A stretch of 63,596 nucleotides of DNA, taken from IMG/VR virus record IMGVR_UViG_3300031758_000068, positions 1 through 63,596 of that record. One strand, written 5' to 3'. Under the pieces are notes generated by a model. It did no database searches. It worked only from the letters and a program-made list of their open reading frames with translations, and was not told the DNA's origin. Made by a program: the position numbers and the translations under genes. Origin of the DNA: a virus (lineage: Duplodnaviria > Caudoviricetes). This document shows positions 25,881 to 37,800 of this stretch, piece after piece (the first letter of the stretch is position 1; every line of letters starts with the position of its first letter).

Positions 25881-28800
25881 TGATAACTTGTATTCTTTTA
25901 GACAATGAAATTTCAATGCTTTACACAGCTGTAACAGCATTTGTTGAAGACCGTGTAAAAAATGATAAGCCTCTAGATGCAGAGGACATCATGAAGCAAA
26001 TCTATAATAAGATTGCTAAGAGCCATAGTCCTGAAAAAGCTGCTGAGTTTGTACAACATGTTCCGCGGATTATTATTGACTTGTTAAATACGGCTTACCA
26101 AGGTAAGGTTAACATATCTCCACAAGCTTTTGGTGAACTATGGGGAGCTTCTACAGCATTCTATGCAGAAGATGGTATAAACACAATCATCCAACGCTTT
26201 AAGCCTAAGAGAAAAAGTAAGGCAGATAGTACAGCTGAAAAGAAAACAAGAAAGCGTAGCAATCCAAATAAGAAGACTAAGGATAATCTTGAGGAAAAAG
26301 AAGAGCCTGTAGAAGAGCCAACAGAAAAAAGATACAAGTCTTTCAGTGCTTTGAAGGGAACCATTCAGGAGTACCTTAAAAGAAACCCAACTACAAAAAG
26401 AATTCTTGTACCAGAAAAGGTTGACTCAAATAGAGTAGTCATGCAGACTACATTGAAGAGACTAGCTAGTACGTTTGATATTGATGATGATGGGCTAGCT
26501 GCAATCAAATATCAGAATGAGTTTCTTAAGCTTAAGGCTATCCGTTTAGATAAATTTGCTAAAGAATTCCCTAATCAGATTGATGCAACTACAATGCAAG
26601 AGATCACAAGATCTGAGGGAATGGTTAACAAAGGTGTAGCAAGTGCTGATGTAGCTCAAACAGCTGACAGAGTTGTTATTGTAGTAACTGACGGTAAAGG
26701 GAATGTTTTATTCTTTAATGAAGATGGGAACATTGTTTCTGAGAAAGAAGGGAAACCGGTGTATCAGTTCATGTATGATGTTAGAAAGTCAGGAGATAGA
26801 CTTGTAGTAACTGATATCTATGGTAAAGAAGAGAAGATAGCAACTCCTGAACTTATTGCTGAGAAGACATACAACAAAGAAACAGACGGTCCGCTTAAAG
26901 AGTATATTGAAAAAATACGCAAGGCACAGCAGGAAGAGTTTCAGAGACTATATGACTTGAAGAAGTCTGTTATTTCTGGTAAGGATCAAGAGCTCATCTT
27001 TGATGGAGTTAGTGAAGGTTTGACATCAGATATAAACAATGTCTACATTCCCTTAAATCAATTAAGATCTCTTGGTGTTGATAGAAAAGTCTTTAAAACA
27101 ATTGAGACTTTGAAGACACCGGAGGGTGGTCTATCTAAAGGTATGGCTGTTATTGAGTTTAACGGAACTAAGTTTGAACTAGATAGAAGTGATCTTTCTT
27201 CAGATATAGTAAATCAAATTGCTGAAGTTCTTACAAATAAGAACATCCCTTTTAGAAAGAGATTGGACTTTGCACAGCAGTTCTTGAGTAATGACATTAA
27301 TCCAACAGCAAGAAGACATACATTAATCTATGATGTTGATAAGAAGATTCTAAACTTATCAGTGTATCAGTATACTACACAGGAGTCTTGGGAATTTGTA
27401 AAAGAAACTACTGATCCTGTAAGTGAAAAGACTATCAAAGAGTTTGAAGCAAAGAGAACTCCTTTGAACAACCAGAGATATAAATTCTACTATATTGCAC
27501 CAGGTACTGTAATTAATGGTAAAGAATACAAACAAGGTACTTATAGATTGTTTGAGTTTAATGACTCTAAAGGAAGAGGTCAGAATACAACTCTATATCT
27601 TTCTGATGATGCTTTGGCAAAGGCAACTCCAGAAGTTCTTGCTAATGTAAAAGCCGGTATTATAGATGCTTTAGAGAGAGGTTATTATCAGCCTAAGTTT
27701 GAAAGGTTTATGCCTACTAAACTGAACTATGCAGAACATCTATTAGATTCCGGTCAGTATGAGGTATATGATGCTGCTACAGGTAAGTTTCAAAAGAAAG
27801 ACTACATTGACTTCTTGATGAACTTGGAATCTACAGTAAGTGTTAAGACCAAAGATCCAGGTTTCTATAATGCATACATGTCTTTCACTATTCCAAGTGA
27901 TGCTAATCTAGAGAGACAAGAAACTGAGGAAGAAATACCAAGTGTTTTTGTACCGCTTAATCCTTTTGAATCTGGTGTTGAAGAAACTGATTTAAATAAG
28001 TTAGCACACAGTATCTATAAGCAACTAGAAACTTATGGTCAGACTAGTGAATGGATTGACTATCTAGAAGATCAAGGTATAGTAAGTAACTCTGCTAACA
28101 CTGGTTTCTATGTAGCTAATCTCCTTAGACAGCAGTTTGAAAAGAATGCACAGAATGCATATACCAAAGAGTTGGCTAATGCTATTACTGATGTATTCAT
28201 TGCATCTAGAATTGGTACTGAGAAACAAAGAGCTTTTATCAATAAAGGAATTGAAGGCTTGCCTTCACAACCATTTACACCGCCTGCTTCTTCAATGGCT
28301 AGTATAATTGAACAAGCAACTGTACCAGAAGCACCAAATCCTACTAACACTAATACTAATGCTGCAAAGGAAACAGAAACAGATTCTGGTTATGACTTTG
28401 ATGAATTAGAAAGAGGTGAGGGTCTTTCAGGTAAAACTACTAGAGCACAGAGAAGAAAAGCTAACAAATGGTGGAATACCTCTGAGACAGGTAAGAAGTT
28501 TCAAGAAGTCATTGAGCTTTCACACTTGGCTAACCTTGTTAACTCAAATGCATTTGCAGAGTTTACAGTAGCCGGAGCAACACTTATTGATAACAGCAAG
28601 TTGGGTCAGATCAAAATCAACCCTCTTAAAGGTTCCATGGTAGACGTATACCATGAGGCTTTCCACGTCTTTACACAGTTATTCCTTACTAAAGCAGAGA
28701 AGATTGTACTTTACAAAAAGGTTAAAGAGTATACTGATGCTAATGGTAATCAGCCATACAAAAACATGACCTACTTTCAGATTGAGGAAATGTTGGCGGA

Positions 28801-31800
28801 AGACTTTAGAACCTATGCTAAAGACAAGACTCTAAAAGACAATATCCCGGTTAAAAATACTATCTTCAGAAGAATGCTGAAGTTCCTTCAGGCTATGTTC
28901 TCTAAGATAAAAGGGCTATTGCCTATCTCTAAACAAGATGTTGTTGTAGATAGCTCTAGTATACCTGCAATAAATGAGTTGTTTGAGAACCTATACTACA
29001 ATAAGAATAACTTCCTGAATAACTATCAACCACTGATCAAGAACATTAGATTTAATGTACTTAATAGAGGTATTACTAAGGTTAATAATTCTAGAGAAGA
29101 TGCATTAAGTACTACTGATTCTGATTTGATGGTAGCAACCATGGACTCTATTATCTCAGAAGAGATTGATAGATTGCATGATGACAGAAAAGACCAGGGA
29201 GTCACAAAGAGTCTTAAGGCTGGTGTAATCAACTTGCTTACAAGTGATAAAAACAGAACTGTTCTCTATAAGAATATCAAGAAGAGACTTACTGAAGATC
29301 TTGAAAGAGAGAAAGCTAAGTTGTTCTTACAACCAAATGTCAAAAAATTTAGTGAGTTTACATCACTAGAAGACATCAAAGAGAATGCTGTAGGTGTAAT
29401 GAAGAACGCTAAGGGAGAAGATAAGTATATCTTCCTTAGATCTCAGATTGATGACTTCAGTGAGCTATCTGCAGATATCAAGAAGGGTGCACGCGTAAAA
29501 GGAGAAAAGTACTTTGATATTCCTATTGTTGCTGACTTCTATGTACACAAGACTCTTAAATCTGGTAAGAAGACAGTAGACATCATGGTAGTATCACAGC
29601 TATCTGATGCTCAAGTACAGTATGAGAATTACGTTAAAGGTGGTGCTAAGGCATTCACTGAACCTGTAATGAAAGAGGGTGTGGAGGATTCAGTACTTAC
29701 ACAAGAGCAGGAACTTGTTCTTGACAACGTAAGAATCCTTCAGGCAACACTTGACAACTTTGGGGACCCTGAGTATTGGAAAGATGGTAGAATACCAGCA
29801 GGTGTAATTAAATATCACTTAGAGAAGAGTAGATTTACTTTACTTAGAAAGTCTTATGTGGACATGGAGTATGATCCAGACAACGACTATGAGAGTGATG
29901 ACTATGAGGATGAAGAGAATGAAGATGGTATCCCTACAAATGAAGAAGCTGAATTAGAAGCTAAGAACAAAGAGCTTACTAATGACAGTAAAGTAGGTAA
30001 GTACTCATTACAGCAGCTAGCTGATAACAGTACTTTGTATATCTTGAGTAGCTTATTCTATGTTGATGCCAATGGTAACAATGAGCTAGACCGCTTTGGT
30101 CACAAGAAACTAAGCAACTTCAAAGACACATGGAACATAGTTGCTAAGTCTATTGCTGGTATGCAAGATGCGGAGTTAATGTATAGTACTCTTAATAAAC
30201 TTAAGAATACGTATCCTATACTCAGACAACTTGTAGAGAAGAAGCTGCCTAATCCTAAATATGATCCTGAGAGAGGTATGGCTATCACAAATTCATTTGA
30301 GGTAGATAACATTGTTGGGTTCTGGCAAACATTCAGAAGACCAAAGGTTCCGTACATTCAGTTGATGTATTTCCCTATTGTTGAAACTCAGACGGATTAT
30401 CTTACAGGTAATATAGAATTTGTAACAGTAGGTTATGATTCTGAAATGCGTTATGCTTCTGTAGATGGAAACACAATCATCAAGAGATTCCAAAATGAAT
30501 TTGCTTCATCACCGGAAACTGAGTTTATTTCTAAGGTAAACAATACTTCAATTCTAAACTTAGATGCAGCAATAAGCAAGTTCAGTACAAAAGATGGTAA
30601 CTTAAATACAGATAAAGCAATTGAGTTTGCTAGAGCTATCGGTATTTACTTAGATAACACTGACGCTCTTGAGAAAACTATCAATGACAATATGAATGAA
30701 TATGGTATACCTTACTTATTCAATATTGCAAAAGACATCAAGAACCTACAGGACAAACTTAAAGAGCCAAATAATAATCTAAGCACTGAAGCAATCAACT
30801 TAGTTAATGATTTCAAGAAAGATCCTATTGGTATATTGAAAGGAAAGATCCGTGCTACTTTAGTACCTAGTGTTAAAGCTAAGAAAGGTGTTGTTGAGCA
30901 AAAAAATATCATTGTAAAACTTGCTGAGCTTAATGCTAAGTTGGGTTATGAGACAATGAACTTTGGTATTAAGAATGCAAACGGAGATACTGTGTATGAG
31001 AACATAGATATCAACAGTTTGTATATGCAAGTTAACGGGCTCAACACAATGGAGAGTCTTGACGAAGCCTGGACAAAACCAGAGTATTCTTACATGAGCT
31101 ATCTTGATCCTACTAGAAATGCGTATACTCAAAGGTCTATATTGCTAAACAGTATGTTTAACATTGAGACCTTTATGTATGACCGTAGAGGTGAGAGAAC
31201 TATTGAGCTTGCAATGGATGATGGAACCCGTATACCTGGTAAGAACCTAGGTAACACAACAGGTACTCTTACTCCTATGGGTAAATTCAATCAGGAACTT
31301 ACTCTAATGCTCAAGTCTGGTGCTAATAACATGTTCCAGAATGCGGATAAGCAGACAACCCCTATTATCAGATTACTAGGTGGTATCATAGGTGAGAAGA
31401 GTGAGAGAGGTTTAGATGATCACTTGTATGTGGATACTAATATGTTTGCTCCGCAAGCAGGACCAGGAGCTACAGCAGGTGAACTATATGCTGTTAATAG
31501 AGTTCTTATTCAAAACTTAGCTACAGAGTTTGACAGAATTGTCATGGTTAAGGAGAACCGTGATGAGGTAGCTAAGATTAAAGGACCAAATCAAACAGTA
31601 GACTATGATAAAGATGGTAAGCCACTAATGGCTGCTGAAGTATTTGTAGCGTTTGATGATGTTCTTGGTAAAGATACTAAAGAAGCATTGTATGAATTAG
31701 CAGAAGACTGGGATGGTGATATAGTAGAATACTTACACAGCCCAGAGAATGCTAACTTATGGAATACAATTCAAAATGATATAATAAAGTACTTTAGAGC

Positions 31801-34800
31801 AGAAGTTGCTTTAAATATGAGTTTGTTTGAAGACTTCTCATATGACAAAGTACTTGTTGAAAAGACGGGTATCCCTGAAGTTCCTGCTGATACTATTGAT
31901 AAAGCAGCTGCTGAGTTAGAAAGAAAAGGTGCAATCAGAAAAACACTGATGACATCCTTTACGTACAATTCTTGGATACACAACTTTGAGATTATCCATC
32001 TATTCTTTGGAGATATCTCTCAGTTTAATCACTTGAAAGAAGAGCTTCAAAAAAGAAATGCTGGTAATACATCAGGTGGTCTTGGTTTCATGAACAGTCC
32101 ATTCTTTAACAACTTCATTAATAATGTATTTAATGCTGCACAAAAGAATGCAAAGACTGGTGACATTGTAGGTCCAACAACATATGCACAAGCACTTAAT
32201 GTAAGAGACAATGCTCAGGATACTGATAAGGACTATGATAACTTTGTGTACAACGGTAGATTAAATACTGGAGTTATTGCAGATGCTGAAAGAGAATCAG
32301 TGTATATCAAGGAGATGTCTGAGTCTTGGCGTGAGATGTATGAAGAGGATTACAAAGAAGCTATTCCAAATGAAGCAGAAAGAAAAGCTTTCATTGATAA
32401 GCTTATTGAGTATGACGTAGATCCATACATGAAAATGACTGAGTCAGATGGTGCCGGTTACATTACAATTGATGCTTACAGAACTCTTAAGAAAGCATCT
32501 AAGCAATGGACATATGAGCAAGAACAGCTTTATAAAAAACTGGTTGCTGGTGAAAAGCTAACTCCAAAAGAAGTTAAAGAGTTCTTCCCGCCATACAAGT
32601 TGCAATACTATGGTCCACTACATGAGACTGTAATATCTGTTGTAGGTATGCATAAGTTTGCACTTACACCACTTGTGCCGGGTGCACTTGGTGGTGCTCA
32701 ATTGCAAAAGCTTCATGAGGAGATGCTCAGAAGTAACAGACAGTATGTATTGTTTGGTTCTGGTTCTAAGGTGTCTACAGTAACTCTAGATGGTAACTTT
32801 GATGATGTCTTCTTGAATGACAAACAAAAAGCTATCAAGACAGGTGATGATTTCCAAACAGCAAACAACATAATCTATGTTGAGTATCTTAAGGATGTAA
32901 CATCAGTTAATAGCACATTTAAGAAAAAGGTAACCGCAGGTACCCAACAAAGAGTAATGTTTGTTGACAACTTCTTTAAGGATGGTCAGATTGTTAACCC
33001 AGAGGAAAACAAAGAACTTGTTGAAGGATATGTCCAGAATAGCAGAAACATTACCAATGTTCTTATAGCAGAGCTTCTAAATGAAATTGGCTTTGTTTAT
33101 AAAGACGGAATGTACCAAGCATCCGGTAACAGTGTTGAGAAGTTTGTAAATACTATTAAGAAAGGACTTGGTAAAAAGGCTGTACCTAAACACCTTATTG
33201 ATTTAGTTGGTGTGAATGTAGGTGGTCAAGCAACAATGGATTACTCATTACATCCTATTGCAGATGACATTGAAGCTTTAGCTACTGCACTGATTCAAAA
33301 GAGAATCATTAGACAGAAAGCAAAAGGAGAACCTCTTATTCAGGTACCGTCAACTTTGTACAATGGTCTATGGGATACAGACTTTGAACTCATCACTGAT
33401 GAGAAAGAGATTGAAAAACTATTAGGTTCAAACAACTTACCTTTCTATAGAAGAGGTAAGAAAGATCCTAAGACTGGCAAGTATGGTCCATCATCTATGA
33501 TGAAGGTTGCTATTACTATGCAAGCTGACTTTGAGAACCTATATCAGCGTCTAGACCTTAATGGTAAAAAGATAGCAGAAAGCCCTGATCCATTAGCTTT
33601 GTTAAACAAGTTAATCCAGAATGATGAATGGTTAGACAAAGATGACAACAGGTTTGCAATTAGTGTTACAGGACCACGTATCCCTACAGATGGTATCAAC
33701 CTTGTGGAAGGTGCTGAGGTATGGCACTTCTTTGAACCTCAAATGGGTAATATAGTTGTAGTACCTACTGAGATTGTAGCCAAGACCGGTGGTGACTTTG
33801 ACGTTGATAAGTTGAACTTTGAATATGCATATATTGATGGAGATGGTTTCTCATTAAGCAAGCCATTGAGCAATGCTGAATTCAAAGCTAAACTTACAGA
33901 AGCAACTGAGAAGATTGCACAGAGAGCTGAAGATAGAAAAAAAGGTAAGAAGAAAGCAAAAGGTGAAGAAGAAGAGGTAATTATTACACCTTCTGCAATT
34001 ATTAATGCTCAGAAAAAAGCATTACATAATCAGTCTATACAACTCCGTTTAGATATCTTGCGTTTGCCAGACACTTTTGCTAACTTAACAAAGCCTAACA
34101 GTACATACCTTGTTGAACAGTATGCTGAACTAGTTGCTGCTGCACAGCCTTACAAAAAACTAGATAACAGAACAATCAAAGGCTATAAGTTTGATCCAAA
34201 GAATAAAGATAAGGCTGTAATGAGTTCTACTAGAACTCTAGAGATTGGATACAACATGCATAAGTTTGAGGTAAACTTATCTAGCGGTCAGCTTACTTTG
34301 GGTATTACAGCTAAGCAAAATAAACAGCATGTAATAGACAATGAGATTGGTGCTAAGATGCCAGACTCATACTATGAGACAGTGTGGAAAGATGGTAAGT
34401 ATGTTCCTACAAAGAGAAGATATCTAGTAGACTTACACTTTAATCATAACACTACTACAAATAAAGCAGGTAAAGAGGTAATCTCATTGGCTGGATTGCA
34501 AACAAGAAAGGGTACTAGAATTACATCTATTAACTCTCACAACTTGAACGGTATCTTAGACCGTGCTAAGAAGTCATTCCCGGGTGAACTAAACATGGTA
34601 CCTGAGACTATGCCAATCATCAATCACTTAATTGAAGCTGGTGTAGATGAGGAACAAGCATTATACTTTGTGAACTTACCATTGATTAAAAAATATGTAA
34701 AATTACAGAGAGAGTTTGCGGATGTCTATGGGAAGATTAGAATGGTGGCACCGGATAATTCTTCAATGAATAAGTTTCAAGCTGCTGAAAAAACTGTAGC

Positions 34801-37800
34801 TGAATATGAGGCTAGTGGTGCAAAAGAATACAGACTTGTAAATGATATACGTCTGCAAGCTACAATTGACAGATTGATGGTTACTCTTAATGAACTTAAT
34901 CCGACTACACAAATAAGTGTATACTTTGGACAAAAGGTAGGATACGTACAAATGCCAGCTTCTCAATTGAAGAAAGGTCTTCAGTCAGGTGATGTACCAC
35001 CATTTGTTGTGAGAGGTATTAATCTATATGATGAAAAATTAGCATTCCCTTTACAAAAACAATTGTATAAACCTTCTTCATCAATAGTATCTACTGCTAA
35101 TTACTACTATGCAAAAAGAATTGCTTTTGATAAAGTATTTGGTTCTCAAGAAGCTGTATTTAATACTAATTTGATTACAGATTCTATTACTAAGAATGAT
35201 ACAACTAGCCGTTTAGCATTAGCGTTTTTATTACACTATATTCAGATTGAGCATCAACTTAAAGGTATGCAAGAAGCTGCCGCATTGATGTCACCTGATA
35301 CTAGTTTTGTGAAGACTATTCAGCAAGTAAGAAACAGACAACAGCGTATTGCAGATCTTAAGAAGTCTGGTAAGATTGATGATAGCTTGATGGATGACTT
35401 TGAGAAAAAGTCTATTCTAGGTAGCTTCCGTATTGATCAGTTGATGATGGATACAATTGAACCACTATTCCCATTAAGATTGGACCGTGATATCTCTGAG
35501 TATATTGAAGATGCAACAAACAGATTTAGCAATACTATTGCTGCTAGATTTGGTCAGGGTATTGAAGGTAAAGAAAGATTCAGTTCTATGTTTAACAATG
35601 CTGTAGTAACATCATTGTTCCAAAACACACTATCTAACTTCCCTAATGCAAAAATAATAGATGAAGACTTGATGCTACCTGAAGGTTACAAAGGGTATAA
35701 GATATCTATTAATGATAAGCAAGCTGAAGCTGTTAAGATTGAGAATGGTGTAATATCTATAAACATAGAACTTACTAAGTCTGACTTTGCTGATGGTATG
35801 TATCTAGATAATGTAAACAAGCCAGAGTCATATCTTGGAAGAGGACTGTTTGCATTTGATGCTGAAAGAGATCCATTTGTGAGAGTAATTCCAAAAGACA
35901 AAGGTGGTCTTCTTGCTGGTACATCTTTCAGATACTTCAGTAACTATGTACTATTTACTGTACAAAGAGAGCTACTCAGAACCAATAATCCTATTGAGAA
36001 AGTAAGAGAGGAATACATGTTCCAGGATCTTATGTCTCAGTTTAATTTGGATGAGCCGGCAGCCTATGAAATGTATTTGGTTAAAAGAGCTCTTAGAAAC
36101 TCATTCAACCCAGGATATGTCATGGGCTTGTCACAATTCAATTACACTGATGATGTGATGCGTTTGCTTAATCAGTTCCCTGTATTAAAACAAAAATTTG
36201 GAATAGCCTCACAACTAGCTCCTGAGTCAAGAACTAAAACAGACAAGAACATCATTGTATTGAATGACTCAAAGGCAACTGGTGATGTTGCTGATGGTTA
36301 CCATAATGATCTTGTACAGTTAGGTGATATTACTATCCGTAAGGGAAGTGATGCAGAGAATAAATACATCTCTGATACCTTTAAGTTCTTCTCAGAAATG
36401 ATGTACTACCAACATGGTATTGGATATAGCTCATTTGGTTTTGTTAAAGTATATGACTCAGCCGGTTATATCACTCTAATGAGAACTGTAGGTATTAACT
36501 ACTTGCAAAATCCTATTGATGAAAATCAATTGGAGGGTATAACAATCAACCTATTGGACAACAGTGACATCTTTAAGAACTATGTTGTTACATCTGGCTT
36601 CAAGAGAATGGTTACTGATACTGCTTTTGAGGAGTATGATGAGGAAGATATGCTCAATGAGCTAGAGCAGATGAATAGAAAGGCTAAGAATCCTCTTGTT
36701 GCAGAAGTTATAGAAGCAATTAATGCTGTAGAAACTACTAATCCATTTAGAGCTAAAGACATTGAGATGTTCAAAGATGCTGATGCATTCATTGGTTTTG
36801 AAACAACTCTTAATGACCCTAGACTAGATGCTAAGTCTTCTACTAAAGTTTACAGACAAGCATTTGGTAACTTGGCTAACAAAGGTAAGTATACGCCTGA
36901 TGAAGTTGTGGCACTGTCTGGTTCTGGTAACTTTAATAGAGGTGGTGTAGATCTTACTACAGCTATTCAAGAAGACTTCAAGAACAAATACAAACCTGAA
37001 ATACTCAGAGCTATAGATAGCGGTGTATCTACTTTCCTACTAGGAAGCTACAATGACCAGAGAAATCTACAGGATTACTACATTCAGAAGTACTTGGAGT
37101 CTAAGGGTTACACAGCATCTACAGTAGTAGTTGGTAAATATGAGTACTATAAGTTTACTAAAGAAGGTGCTGTTGCTAGTGGAGATATTGAAAGTTTGAA
37201 GAAAGCAGCTGATGCTCTTCCTTCTATTGAGCAAAACTTTGCAGATGGTACAGGAGGTAGAACTATGGAGCCGCAGTTCAAAGGTAAATCTACTATGGAC
37301 TTAATACTCTCTGGTGATAGAACAAGAACTACACGTGCTAAAACAGATATCTCTAGAATGATTAAAGACTATGGTCTTACTAAGATAGAAGACTTGGTTG
37401 GTATGGTTATCCGCATGACTGACAAAAAAGGAAATTTGGCTTACACTAGAATTACTAAAGTAGCTCCATTTACTCAAGAGTATCAAGATGCAACATGGCA
37501 AAAAGAAGGTTGGACAAAAGATGTTACAGATAAAAATGTAGGTAATTATCCATATGCTATAGAATTTGAACTTGTTAAAGAACCTGTTGTAAACAGACCA
37601 GCTTCAAGTGAAGCAGATGTAATATTGCCTATTGGAACAAGTGGTAGCGGAAAGTCTACATTTATTAGCTCTCTTCCTCAAGAGAACTTGGTTGTCATCT
37701 CCCCTGATGAAATGAGAATTGAGTTTACAGGAGATATAGATAATAAGTCTAAAGACAAAGAAATTTATACTGAAGCTGCTAAACGTGCCATTAGTGCAAT